From contig JBAYHC010000003.1 of NCBI GenBank assembly GCA_041666325.1, forward strand, positions 95,102 through 159,101: a stretch of 64,000 bases of DNA, in the 5' to 3' direction. Source of the stretch: Patescibacteria group bacterium (GTDB lineage: Bacteria > Patescibacteriota > UBA1384 > XYA2-FULL-43-10 > 1-14-0-10-43-13). Positions 9,121-18,181 of the stretch are shown here, piece by piece. The notes under the pieces were generated by a model, which saw nothing but the letters and a program-made list of their open reading frames with translations, searched no databases and was not told where the DNA came from. The position numbers were made by a program, and so were the translations under genes. The number at the start of each line of letters is the position of its first letter. Within the stretch, counting starts at the first letter, position 1.

Positions 9121-10410
9121 ATGGATATGGACGGATCTTCGTCTCAACAGAACTCTGTTATCGATGTTGATCCTCGGCGCTTTGGTTTTAATACGGAGAA
9201 AAACCCGGCGCTCGAGATACTCCGCCACACCATCCAAATTGCAATTGATATGCGAGCGTCGGATATTCACCTTGAACCTATGGGCGAAGGTATGCGCATT
9301 CGACTTCGCGTAGACGGGCGACTCCAAGAGTTCAGGCAGCTAAGTGCCCTGGAAGAGCCTCCGGTTGTCAATGTTTGGAAAATAGCCTGCAATATGAAGA
9401 TCGAAGAACACAGGCGCCCGATGGATGGACGTTTCAGCGTCATCCGAGAAGGTAAGAATTATGATCTTCGAGTAAACGTTTCCCCCGTACAGGCCAGCAC
9501 AGGAATCAACCGAATGGGTATTACTGCGCGCATTCTACCCAAAGAGGCCGTCATGATCGACCTCGAGCAACTTGGGTTCAGCGCTTCTGTTCGAAAAAGC
9601 ATTGAAAGAGTTATCGGCCACAGTCATGGTATGCTGCTGGTAACAGGTCCTACCGGCTCGGGTAAATCGACCACGCTCAGCTGTGTCCTTGCTATGCTCA
9701 ACAGCCCAGCCAAAAAGATCATCTCGATCGAAGATCCTGTAGAGATCATGGTTCCAGGAGTTGAGCAAATGCAGGTGAACAATGCCGCGAAGGTTGACTT
9801 TAACTTTGCGACTGCACTGAGAGCAATGCTTCGCAGAGACCCAGACATCATCATGGTCGGTGAAATTCGCGACCTGGAAACAGCAGAGATGACACTGCGC
9901 GCTGCGCTTACTGGCCACCTTGTTCTTTCTACCTTGCACACTAACGATGCCACCTCAACGGTCTTGCGCCTGATTGACATGGGGATAGAGCCTTTCCTAG
10001 TTGCCGACATCCTTGTCGGCGCCTTGGCACAACGGCTTGTGCGACGTATTTGCACCCAATGCAAAGAAGCGGTTGAGATAAATGCCAGCCAGCTAATTCC
10101 ACTTGGACGAAGGCCTTCATCGCCAGAGGAGAGAATCAAGGTTGGCAAAGGGCGTGGCTGTGACGCTTGCCGCAACACTGGCTACAAAGGGCGCGTCGCC
10201 CTTGCAGAGATCATGATGGTTACACCATCGATTGTCAGGCTGATCACTCAGGGCGCCGGCCAAGCAGACATTCAAGCCGCCGCCATCAACAACGGAATGC
10301 GCCCGCTCTTACTCGACGGGCTTGATAAGGTCCTTGCAGGACTGACAACGATCGAAGAGGTTATGGAGGTTGCCACTACTCTCGAACCAGACGAAGAAAC
10401 AGAAGAGTAG
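9121..10410 (+). CDS. GspE/PilB-family ATPase lacking the N-terminal domain
   Basis: ASDIHLEP, RLRVDG, Walker A GPTGSGKST, EDPVE, DPDIIMVGEIRD, TLHTND, two CxxC; GGAGG RBS before ATG 9121. Confidence 0.9.
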   Translation: MDMDGSSSQQNSVIDVDPRRFGFNTEKNPALEILRHTIQIAIDMRASDIHLEPMGEGMRIRLRVDGRLQEFRQLSALEEPPVVNVWKIACNMKIEEHRRPMDGRFSVIREGKNYDLRVNVSPVQASTGINRMGITARILPKEAVMIDLEQLGFSASVRKSIERVIGHSHGMLLVTGPTGSGKSTTLSCVLAMLNSPAKKIISIEDPVEIMVPGVEQMQVNNAAKVDFNFATALRAMLRRDPDIIMVGEIRDLETAEMTLRAALTGHLVLSTLHTNDATSTVLRLIDMGIEPFLVADILVGALAQRLVRRICTQCKEAVEINASQLIPLGRRPSSPEERIKVGKGRGCDACRNTGYKGRVALAEIMMVTPSIVRLITQGAGQADIQAAAINNGMRPLLLDGLDKVLAGLTTIEEVMEVATTLEPDEETEE

Positions 10411-10438
10411 TAGCGCCTTGATTTGATTAGTTCGCCTG

Positions 10439-10467
10439 GCCTACCCCATTGGGGTAGGCTCGTTTTT
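10439..10467 (+). terminator. Intrinsic terminator
   Basis: GCCTACCCC/GGGGTAGGC stem plus T-run after the ATPase gene. Confidence 0.7.
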
Positions 10468-10658
10468 ATTAACACGCGAAAATACCATGCCTCGATTAAC
10501 TAGCAATCCTCCACGGTATTAAGATTGCCACAATGCTCACCACCATAGTAAATACAGACTGTGCGATTCAAAACAGAGCGCCAAGAGTGTTGTATTGGCA
10601 AGCCATAAATAATAAAATCAAATTGTTTATCAAGATAATCGCGACACAGGGAGGATAG

Positions 10659-11144
10659 ATGACAACGGCCAGCAAACCCGAATGGGCAAGAAAACTTGAT
10701 AATTTGGGCGAACGATTTAACTCCAGTCCGAAGAACAAACGCAAGAACAGAACCATCGAATATATAGTCGCTATTGTCATTAATATTGTACTGATCGCAA
10801 TTTGGGGTCGATTGCCACAATGGCTACCCTTCATCACCGACTCTTTTGCGGCCGTCTTGCCGCTTTTCTATATTTCGTTCGCAGCCACGATTGCCGCCAA
10901 CATGCTCTTTCTTGTCTATGACGAAGTCCTTTTCAAGGCAACCATAAAGGCGGCCCTGAATATTCTCAGCATCGTAGTACTAATCACTCTCGATTATGTC
11001 TTCCCCTTCGATTTCTCCGCCTACCCGGGATCCGAATGGGAAATAGTTGCGAGAATTGTGCTCGTGGTTAGCATAATTGGAACCGTAATTGGCACCGTAG
11101 TGGAGTCTCTGCAAATTCTTTTTGGCCCAGAAAAATCGTCTTGA
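10659..11144 (+). CDS. Membrane protein, 4 TM
   Basis: Hydrophobic helices, GGAGG RBS. Confidence 0.75.
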   Translation: MTTASKPEWARKLDNLGERFNSSPKNKRKNRTIEYIVAIVINIVLIAIWGRLPQWLPFITDSFAAVLPLFYISFAATIAANMLFLVYDEVLFKATIKAALNILSIVVLITLDYVFPFDFSAYPGSEWEIVARIVLVVSIIGTVIGTVVESLQILFGPEKSS

Positions 11145-11174
11145 TCGTCTTGTGACAAGTAACAGAGGAGAAGA

Positions 11175-11345
11175 ATGAAAAACACTGCCCCCAATAGTGC
11201 AGTCTATGGCCTTGGCTTTATCGGAGCGCTTGTTTATTACATCAGTACGGCTACATCATTCGGCATGGGTGTCTTGGGAGTCTTGAAGGCAATCGTCTGG
11301 CCGGCAATACTGGTTTATCAAGCCCTCGAGCTCTTGGCCAAATAA
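11175..11345 (+). CDS. Small membrane protein (56 aa, not in the ORF track)
   Basis: GAGGAG RBS; MKNTAPNSAVYGLGFIGALVYYISTATSFGMGVLGVLKAIVWPAILVYQALELLAK*. Confidence 0.75.
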   Translation: MKNTAPNSAVYGLGFIGALVYYISTATSFGMGVLGVLKAIVWPAILVYQALELLAK

Positions 11346-11415
11346 GAGAAAAGGTTCCTCATTAAAAAAGGGGCTATGGGCCCCGTCAATGATAATTGAT
11401 CCGGTAAATACTATA

Positions 11416-11886
11416 CTAGCCTTTTCCGGCGGCCAGCTTGTGACTAAGTGCACCCTTCTCGGGAAAAGTAAACTTGTGTAATTTGTCGTAAGTAAGAGTG
11501 ACGAGTTCCACCTCATTAATCCCAATGCCCTGCTCGTAAAACAATTTCCACTTAATGGGCAAGTTCGCTCGATTAAGGAAATCGATAGGATAGCCAGCCA
11601 CATCATAAAGCAACACATTCTCGCCAAAATCACGATCGATTCTGATGGTAGCGCCCTCCTCAAACCTCCAAATAACCATACTGTCAGTAACAGAACGGCA
11701 TGTTTGCTCTGTAGCTGATGTAAGCAAAGACCTATCAGTCGCCAAAAAACTAAAGATGGTGTTGCCGCCCTTAAGTGCAGCTTCACGCCGCGATAATGGC
11801 CTTGACCACATAGCCCTAACCTTAGCCAGGGCCCACACTAACCACCCCATTCGCGCTACTCCCTTCCGTTTGGTACAGCACAACAA
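11416..11886 (-). CDS. Hypothetical protein (start probably at the internal Met of MGWLVW)
   Basis: 156-aa ORF. Confidence 0.5.
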   Translation of the reverse strand: MLCCTKRKGVARMGWLVWALAKVRAMWSRPLSRREAALKGGNTIFSFLATDRSLLTSATEQTCRSVTDSMVIWRFEEGATIRIDRDFGENVLLYDVAGYPIDFLNRANLPIKWKLFYEQGIGINEVELVTLTYDKLHKFTFPEKGALSHKLAAGKG

Positions 11887-12049
11887 TACTCAAAGAGAAC
11901 AGAATAATCAACTAACAAATATCATTATAGAAATTTACGCAATTATTGATGTTCCCCAAATAGTTCCGGATGCATGCGACACATGCACGCGCTTGAACTG
12001 GTAAACCGTTGGGGCTAATATCATAAGTATAAAATAATACCTCACAAAA

Positions 12050-12613
12050 ATGGAAACAAAGAATATTTTTCTATATGGCTCTCCTGGATCAGGCAAGACA
12101 ACCATCTCGGAAGCACTTCAAAAGCTTCTTCAGTGGGACTACCTGGAACTTGATAAGGTTAGACACTCTGCCCAAACCGGCAAGAGCCAAAAGTCTAACC
12201 CCTTTCTTTTCTATTACACAACTACCGCCTGGCAAGCATTTGGCGAGCTTACAAACGAGAGTGCTATTAAGGGTCTGCTGGAAATCAGAAAGGCGCTACA
12301 ACCATTCGTTCTGAACGAGATCAAGCACCACGACAGCCCAATAATTGCCGAAGCTGCATTTCTCGATCCGAACGTTCTACTGAGCAAGGGCAGTATTGTT
12401 TTGGTGGCCTGCCCCGACACAACCAAACATCATAACCAATTCTTTGTCCATCGCCCAAGATGCGCAGAATCTGAGACACAATTCAAAGCAGCCTGCTTCA
12501 TCGATCAATTCCTTCTTGGTGAAGCCAAGAGTCTTGGTGCAGTGATATACGATAATTCAGCCCAACCATTAGAGGAGCCGGAAATAATTCTTCAAAAGAT
12601 TGGCATGGCATGA
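12050..12613 (+). CDS. P-loop nucleotide kinase-like protein
   Basis: GSPGSGKTT Walker A at the N-terminus. Confidence 0.75.
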   Translation: METKNIFLYGSPGSGKTTISEALQKLLQWDYLELDKVRHSAQTGKSQKSNPFLFYYTTTAWQAFGELTNESAIKGLLEIRKALQPFVLNEIKHHDSPIIAEAAFLDPNVLLSKGSIVLVACPDTTKHHNQFFVHRPRCAESETQFKAACFIDQFLLGEAKSLGAVIYDNSAQPLEEPEIILQKIGMA

Positions 12614-12993
12614 AATCGATCGACGAACAACTTATTGCTCCGTGTGGTATGGATTGCGGTGTATGCAAAGCACATTTGCGAGAGAAAAATCCTTGCCATG
12701 GATGCAATTTTGCGGATGACAGCAAACCAAAAACTCGCGTCAATTGTAAAATTAAGAACTGCCAAGAACGCAGGGGCAAGTTTTGTTTTGAATGCAGCAA
12801 GTTCCCTTGCGAGCTATTAAGTCATCTGGATAAGCGTTACCGGGAAAAGTACGGCATGGGTCAGATCGAAAACCTTGAATGTATTCGCCGTGAAGGCATG
12901 TGCGCCTTCCTTGAGAGCGAACGCAAGAAGTACGAGAGCGAAAAAGGCATCTATTGCGTCCATGATAAGAAATACTATTCGCAGCCAGATTGA
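12610..12993 (+). CDS. DUF3795 Cys-rich protein
   Basis: 'IAPCG.DC..C...C.GC...C.IK.C...FC.EC..FPC' pattern. Confidence 0.85.
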   Translation: MKSIDEQLIAPCGMDCGVCKAHLREKNPCHGCNFADDSKPKTRVNCKIKNCQERRGKFCFECSKFPCELLSHLDKRYREKYGMGQIENLECIRREGMCAFLESERKKYESEKGIYCVHDKKYYSQPD

Positions 12994-13032
12994 TCTGTTC
13001 TCTTTCAGCTATCTCAATTAGTACGCCATAGC

Positions 13033-13836
13033 TTGTTATTTGGAATGTTTAAAGTGGAGCATGGAATGGATATAGACACGACATTAAAGGTTGTTCGACA
13101 TAAGATTGCCCAACTGCCAAAAAAGATGATGAGCAATGAAGAGCAGGCATTTGTGCAGCGATACATGGGCAATAACCGAAGATTTCTTGGGGCCAAAACC
13201 GGTGATCTGGTCAAAATTTCCAGAGAAGTAGTCAAAGACCAGAACAACCTGGAAATTGATGAATTGGTTGCCCTGATTAGCACGCTATTTGCCGCAGATA
13301 ATTTCGAGGAATATGTTATTGGCGGCAAAATTATTACCTTTCTGAAACCAGATACTCGAGCAAAGATCTCTTTTGATCAGCTAGAGACGTGGCTCTCCGG
13401 GGCCAAAGGGTGGGTTGAGGTTGATGTTATCTGCCAATCATCCTACACCGGCCAAGAGGTGTTAGATCGTTGGGACGAGTGGCAAAAAATGATTAAAAAA
13501 TTTAGAGAGAGCGACATCATCTCTCTCCGCCGGGCAAGTCTAGTGTTACAAAACCTTTCTATTCGAAAAATTAATGACAAAAGATTGCGCCAGCTTGCCT
13601 TTGCCACCATTGAAGAACTAAAGAGTGAAAAAGATGTTCTCATCACCAAGGCAATCTCCTGGCTTCTGCGAAGTCTCTCTGATCTGGACAAGAAGGAGGT
13701 CAAAGACTACCTATTGAAGAACGAATTGACTCTTCCGCGCATCGCCTTCCGCGAAACGATGAAAAAGATCGAGACTGGCAATAAGAACGGCAATACAAAA
13801 AAACGCCGCGGCTCCAAAGAGCCGCGGACGCGGTAA
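13033..13836 (+). CDS. DNA alkylation repair protein (AlkD-like HEAT repeat)
   Basis: 'W.EVD.IC', 'RRASLV', 'ITKAISWLLR', 'RIAFRE' pattern. Confidence 0.8.
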   Translation: MLFGMFKVEHGMDIDTTLKVVRHKIAQLPKKMMSNEEQAFVQRYMGNNRRFLGAKTGDLVKISREVVKDQNNLEIDELVALISTLFAADNFEEYVIGGKIITFLKPDTRAKISFDQLETWLSGAKGWVEVDVICQSSYTGQEVLDRWDEWQKMIKKFRESDIISLRRASLVLQNLSIRKINDKRLRQLAFATIEELKSEKDVLITKAISWLLRSLSDLDKKEVKDYLLKNELTLPRIAFRETMKKIETGNKNGNTKKRRGSKEPRTR

Positions 13837-13844
13837 GTCCTATC

Positions 13845-14447
13845 TTAATCAAGAAAGAATATCTGGGCAGGACGCTCGTCCTGGCCAAACCTGGGCCCAA
13901 CCTGCCACCATGGGCGAAGATCATCGACTCTCTCGTCCGAACCGACCCCGGGAGCAGTCGGCGTAATGTAAAGCTCTACCGGGCCAGAAGTGTTAGAGGG
14001 TCCATCAACTATCACAAAGAAAACCATCTTATCAGGGGTCCAGCGCGTCCGGACAACAGTTTCAAAGCGAAGGTTCCCGATTGACACCTGAACAACCTGC
14101 CCAACCCTGGGAATAATGGCATGCCAACCGCTAAAACGCGAATTATCACCCGTGAGCAGAAAGAGAGAAACAAGCCGATCTCCTCTGCTGACAGGGGCAA
14201 ACTGCCAAAAAGGTCTGCGATCGTTAGCCTGATCAACCATTCCAATTCGCGATGCACCAGGGGTGATGTAAAACTCATGCAACCCCCCAGTGACAGAAGG
14301 TCCCTCAACAATGACTGAAAAGGTTTTCAGATCCCTTGTTGCTCGAGATCGAACCGTCGTTTCAAAGATCCGTCCCCAAGCATGCACCTGAACAACCTCT
14401 CCCACACTAGGGATACAGGCTGGCCAGTCACTGAATCTTTTAGCCAT
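13845..14447 (-). CDS. Hypothetical protein made of two tandem homologous domains
   Basis: Two ~85-aa copies FS.W...IP.VG.VVQV...FET.VR.R.T.D...F.VIV.GPS...YITP...D.RP.WQ..P. Confidence 0.75.
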   Translation of the reverse strand: MAKRFSDWPACIPSVGEVVQVHAWGRIFETTVRSRATRDLKTFSVIVEGPSVTGGLHEFYITPGASRIGMVDQANDRRPFWQFAPVSRGDRLVSLFLLTGDNSRFSGWHAIIPRVGQVVQVSIGNLRFETVVRTRWTPDKMVFFVIVDGPSNTSGPVELYITPTAPGVGSDERVDDLRPWWQVGPRFGQDERPAQIFFLD

Positions 14448-14569
14448 ATGGCCTCCTCTCCTGTGTCCAGCTGTTGTACCATACTATAATTAGCTTTGTT
14501 TGTCAATAATATTCCCCTTTCTACCACCAGACTCTCTGCAACATGATATAATCGAGGGCCCATTTTCGT

Positions 14570-15073
14570 TTGAAAGGAAACAAGATGACAAACAAAAAAA
14601 TTCTAATCGATTGGCTTAATGACGCTTACAGAATGGAACAAACAGTTGTTAAAATTCTTGAGGGATATGAGATTGACGCTGAAGATTATCCTGAGATAGT
14701 CATCATCATCCGAGACCAAATAAAGCAAACCAGAAAACAATCGATTGTAGTTCGATCCGAGATAGAAAGGCTCGGCGGACAGATAGTTGAGTCAGAATCA
14801 ATGGAGCTGATAGATCTGACTTCCCCATTTCAATACACGGCCGGCAACATCGACCGAGACAGGGTGGTCAAGAATGCAATGACCCAACACGCCTTCGAGC
14901 ATTTTAATCATGCCGCCTATACTGCCCTGATCAAAGCGGCTGAATTTTATAATGAGCCGCAAACCATCACGATCTGCCACAAAATAATGGCCGAGGACAA
15001 GGAGATGGCTCAGACAATTCAATCGAAACTATCCGGATTGGTAGAAAGGTTCCTGGGAAAACAAGCTAATTAA
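14570..15073 (+). CDS. Ferritin-like DUF892 (YciE/YciF) protein
   Basis: 'WLNDAY.ME', 'FEHF..A.Y.AL..AAE' pattern. Confidence 0.8.
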   Translation: MKGNKMTNKKILIDWLNDAYRMEQTVVKILEGYEIDAEDYPEIVIIIRDQIKQTRKQSIVVRSEIERLGGQIVESESMELIDLTSPFQYTAGNIDRDRVVKNAMTQHAFEHFNHAAYTALIKAAEFYNEPQTITICHKIMAEDKEMAQTIQSKLSGLVERFLGKQAN

Positions 15074-15100
15074 ATATAATTTACTGACTATGCCGTTAAA

Positions 15101-15134
15101 CAAAATGAGATTACCGTTAAGTAATCTCATTTTG
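15101..15134. terminator. Bidirectional terminator between convergent genes
   Basis: CAAAATGAGATTAC/GTAATCTCATTTTG perfect 14-bp stem. Confidence 0.75.
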
Positions 15135-15168
15135 AATACAGTTTTAAGGCTGTTAGCAAGTCTGGATA

Positions 15169-15483
15169 CTAGTATCTTCTATCTCTTGAGTATCCGCCGC
15201 CGCCTGATCCCTCGCTGCGCTCTTTAGGCTTAGCAACATTGACGACAATCTTGCGACCATCAACCTCTTTGCCATCGAGCTCAGCAACGGCTTTCTGAGC
15301 CATCTCTTCTGTCTCGACTGTGACAAAACCGAATCCTCTTGGTCTCTGGGTCTCTCTGTCGAGGATAAGTGCTGCGTCAACCACTACAACTCCCTCAATT
15401 GCCTCGAACAATGATCTCAGTTGGTCCTGATCAATGCCGAAAGACAAGTTGCCAACGAACAATTTGTTCTTTTCGCTTTCCAT
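15169..15483 (-). CDS. RRM RNA-binding protein
   Basis: RNP2 LFVGNL and RNP1 RGFGFV, Gly/Arg tail; RBS before MESEKNK. Confidence 0.9.
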   Translation of the reverse strand: MESEKNKLFVGNLSFGIDQDQLRSLFEAIEGVVVVDAALILDRETQRPRGFGFVTVETEEMAQKAVAELDGKEVDGRKIVVNVAKPKERSEGSGGGGYSRDRRY

Positions 15484-15845
15484 TCTTTCTCCTTCTAACA
15501 ATCTTATTTTAGATAAGATTCTAATTAACATAAATATATTTTATACGCACCCGGAAGAATTGAGCACCAATGCTGTTCTTTGAGTCAAAACGTTGGCGTC
15601 ATCTATCGACGTAAAGCATTAATCGATAGTTCTGTCCGCAGATTTAGGCTGCAACAGCTACAACATTTTTTATCTAACCGATTCATAATACTCTTAATTG
15701 TTATAAATAGATAGTCGTGAGCGATAATTTGAGGTAAAAATGCAACACAGCATCAATTTCGGCTATCTTGCGCCAAAAAATCACAACCTATTGACCGAGA
15801 TAATTTAGCAAAATATGACACGAAATGAGATCAGAACATACACTA

Positions 15846-16583
15846 CTAACCCATATAGTAAGAATTCCAACCATTTATTATGTCATCGAAGCCTTTTTTA
15901 CGAAAAATATCTTTCACTTTATTAAAAACTTCTTTTTGGACTTCTACGTCGCCCATACAAACAACTGCTCTTAGTTTACCGATAAATTCTTCACTACCCC
16001 AGACCAGATTGACCAGTGGATAATTCTTAAGCTCCCATTCTAAATACTTATTGTAGGGCTTCACCCTGCCCTCAAGGGCAAAGAGCGCCACTAGCAAGAG
16101 AGGAACAGATTCGGCTGCATCAAGCAGTGAGGCAATTGCATTGTTATCCCTACAGTTTTTCATCGAGCGATGAAAGCTATTTATATATGCATCCAAATTT
16201 CCCGACACAACTTCTTTTATCTTCTCCTCTGGTAATTTTCCTTTTTCCTCAATCAGTTTTTGGATCTCGCCCGCTTTGTCGATCTGAGCTTTTAGGTGGG
16301 TAAAATTATATCTATCCCATTCAAACCCGCTACCCCAATTGGCGTAATCCCTAAACTCGGCCAGCGACAGAACCTTAATATAGACATCACTTGTATCGGT
16401 AAAACCGCTATATTTTTCCCGATACTCTATCTCGCGACCATCATTTACTACAATGATGACATCGTAATCGGAGTGCTCCGTTGAGAAACCCTTGCCACGG
16501 CCAGCCACTAAGATGAATCCGATGATATTGGGATCACTCTCTGCTTCCGCCTGAACGCTCTCAAACATGAGATCTTTGTCCAT
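15846..16583 (-). CDS. Nucleotidyltransferase-domain protein
   Basis: 'AGRGKG...SDYDVI' polymerase-beta NTase motif plus helical C-domain. Confidence 0.75.
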   Translation of the reverse strand: MDKDLMFESVQAEAESDPNIIGFILVAGRGKGFSTEHSDYDVIIVVNDGREIEYREKYSGFTDTSDVYIKVLSLAEFRDYANWGSGFEWDRYNFTHLKAQIDKAGEIQKLIEEKGKLPEEKIKEVVSGNLDAYINSFHRSMKNCRDNNAIASLLDAAESVPLLLVALFALEGRVKPYNKYLEWELKNYPLVNLVWGSEEFIGKLRAVVCMGDVEVQKEVFNKVKDIFRKKGFDDIINGWNSYYMG

Positions 16584-16739
16584 AATTCTCTACTCCAGTT
16601 AGTTCTTTTCTTTATCAGATCTATTCGAATATATCACAAACCGTATATTGCTTTGATTTTTACACTTCTAAACATAAAATATCCAGTATCACACTGGACA
16701 TTTTATGGCATGGACCAAATGAATCGTCCCGATAGTTTG

Positions 16740-16813
16740 TGGCAGGGGTACGAGGAATCGAACCCCGATCGACGGTTTTGGAGACCGTTGTTTTACCGTT
16801 AAACTATACCCCT
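16740..16813 (-). tRNA. tRNA-Trp(CCA)
   Basis: Cloverleaf AGGGGTA...ACGGT-CTCCAAA-ACCGT...GGTTCGATTCC...GCCA. Confidence 0.95.
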
Positions 16814-16826
16814 AAAAAGTGTGAAA

Positions 16827-16870
16827 GGCCTGCCCGCAGTCGCTTCGCTCCAGGCGATGCAGGCGGGCGA
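16827..16870. repeat. Short palindromic (REP-like) element
   Basis: CCTGCCCGCAGTCGC...GCGATGCAGGCGGG hairpin between rpmG and tRNA-Trp. Confidence 0.55.
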
Positions 16871-16943
16871 AAGCATGAGAGTACTAAGCTGGCAGAATAC
16901 AGATCTAATAAAAGATCTGTCTCGGCTAACAGTGCTTTCACAC

Positions 16944-17111
16944 TTACTTTGTCTCTTTGTGTACAGTCTTCTTGCGATCGTGTGGGCAGTATTTTTCGAA
17001 CTCCAAACGAGCAATAACGCCCATTCCCTTGAGGCGCTTCTCTGTGTGGTAATTCCTGCTTTTGCAAACTGTGCATTCGAGTGTAACTAATTTTCTTGCT
17101 TCTTTGGCCAT
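16944..17111 (-). CDS. rpmG: 50S ribosomal protein L33 (Zn-binding type)
   Basis: MAKEARKLVTLECTVC...NYHTEK...KYCPHDRKKTVHKETK. Confidence 0.95.
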   Translation of the reverse strand: MAKEARKLVTLECTVCKSRNYHTEKRLKGMGVIARLEFEKYCPHDRKKTVHKETK

Positions 17112-17123
17112 TTTGTCCTTAAT

Positions 17124-17212
17124 TTGTCGTCCCGAAACCCGAAGATAGCCCCGGGCTCTTGATTCAGGATCTATTCTAATGACTGGATTCCAGATCAAGT
17201 CTGGAATGACAA
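17124..17212. repeat. TGTCAT..ATGACA-family palindromic element
   Basis: TTGTCGTCCCGA...GGATTCCAGATCAAGTCTGGAATGACAA. Confidence 0.65.
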
Positions 17213-17221
17213 TATATATTA

Positions 17222-17296
17222 TGGAGCCATCTATCGGATTTGAACCGATAACCTACTGTTTACAAAACAGTTGCTCTACCGTTGAGCTAAGATGGC
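17222..17296 (-). tRNA. tRNA-Thr(TGT)
   Basis: GCCATCT...ACTGT-TTTGTAA-ACAGT...GGTTCAAATCC...TCCA. Confidence 0.95.
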
Positions 17297-17557
17297 CTAC
17301 CCTATCAAGCCATCAATCAACCCTTGCTTTTTCTCTGACCGCCAACCCTTAATCTGCATTTCCCGCTTGCGAGCCTCCGATTTGCCTGGGAAGACGCCGG
17401 AAATGTAAACGATTTCCATTGGGCCCTAATCGATCACAAATTTTGCGCCTTTGCCACTATTGTGCAAGGATAATCTTCTGATCGGATCAGGCGAGATTCC
17501 AGTGTAATACCGCTTTGTCTTGATCGATTGAGCGATGTAGACTTTCCACTCCTCCGT
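17297..17557 (-). pseudogene. GIY-YIG nuclease (UPF0213-like) pseudogene
   Basis: Frame reads EEWKVYIAQS...RYYTGIS.D..RRL..HNSGKGAKF.ID*GP...SEARKREMQIKGW; in-frame TAG at 17426-17428 and ACG where ATG would be expected. Confidence 0.85.
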
Positions 17558-17560
17558 GTT

Positions 17561-17680
17561 GGCCCTTCGACTTCACTCCGTTTCGCTCAGGGTCACTCGA
17601 CTTACGCAACTTAATACTATTGCCAAGACAAGTGGTTTACCGCGAGCGAGGCATTAACTTGTTAATGACGAGTCGAGTGG
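17561..17680. repeat. Composite palindromic element copy A, fused to the tRNA-Tyr CCA end
   Basis: GGCCCTTCGA...CTCAGGGTC-ACTCGACT...GAGCGAG...GAGTCGAGTGG. Confidence 0.8.
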
Positions 17681-17763
17681 TGCTGGGAGTAGGACTCGAA
17701 CCTACGAAGGCGTGAGCCGTCTGATTTACAGTCAGATGCGTTTGACCACTTCGCTATCCCAGC
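17678..17763 (-). tRNA. tRNA-Tyr(GTA)
   Basis: TCTGA-CTGTAAA-TCAGA anticodon arm, long variable arm, ACCA end. Confidence 0.95.
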
Positions 17764-17774
17764 ATAATATTAAA

Positions 17775-17897
17775 GGCCCTTCGATTTCGCTTCGCTCCAC
17801 TCAGGGTCATTCGACTCTCGTGCTCAGCTAAACTATGTTTGCAAGAATGGTTCACCATGAGCGAGCCGTTGAGCGTTAGTGATGGCGAGTCGAATGG
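17775..17897. repeat. Composite palindromic element copy B, fused to the tRNA-Thr(GGT) CCA end
   Basis: GGCCCTTCGA...CTCAGGGTC-ATTCGACT...GAGCGAG...GAGTCGAATGG. Confidence 0.8.
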
Positions 17898-17970
17898 AGC
17901 CGTTGACGGGAATCAAACCCGTGACCTCACCCTTACCAAGGGTGTGCTCTGTCAACTGAGCTACAACGGC
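17895..17970 (-). tRNA. tRNA-Thr(GGT)
   Basis: CACCC-TTGGTAA-GGGTG anticodon arm; T-loop variant TTTGA; CCA end. Confidence 0.9.
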
Positions 17971-18117
17971 AGCTAGTATTTGAGAATAAACGTCCGAAAC
18001 CCATGATATTTTATCGGTAAAGCTTCTCTGCAGAATTTTATCAACAGGCTGCGCGAAACCCTTAATCAACGTCTGTCATTGTATCATATTGTACAAAACA
18101 AAGCAATGTGTACGTAA

Positions 18118-18175
18118 GCTCATATCGAATCAAAAAAGCCCCACACTTAGGGCCTTTTTTGACTCGATATGAGCA
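18118..18175. terminator. Long hairpin / bidirectional terminator
   Basis: GCTCATATCGAATCAAAAAAGCCC...GGGCCTTTTTTGACTCGATATGAGC. Confidence 0.7.
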
Positions 18176-18181
18176 GAATCG

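Noticed and set aside
7446-16583. Integron cassette array or prophage explaining the run of single-gene units
   Set aside because: Mixed orientations, no repeated attC-like sites, and no integrase or phage structural genes seen.
17426-17428. TAG read-through or alternative genetic code in the GIY-YIG frame
   Set aside because: TAG and TGA end many clear genes in the window and the start codon is also lost, so decay is simpler.
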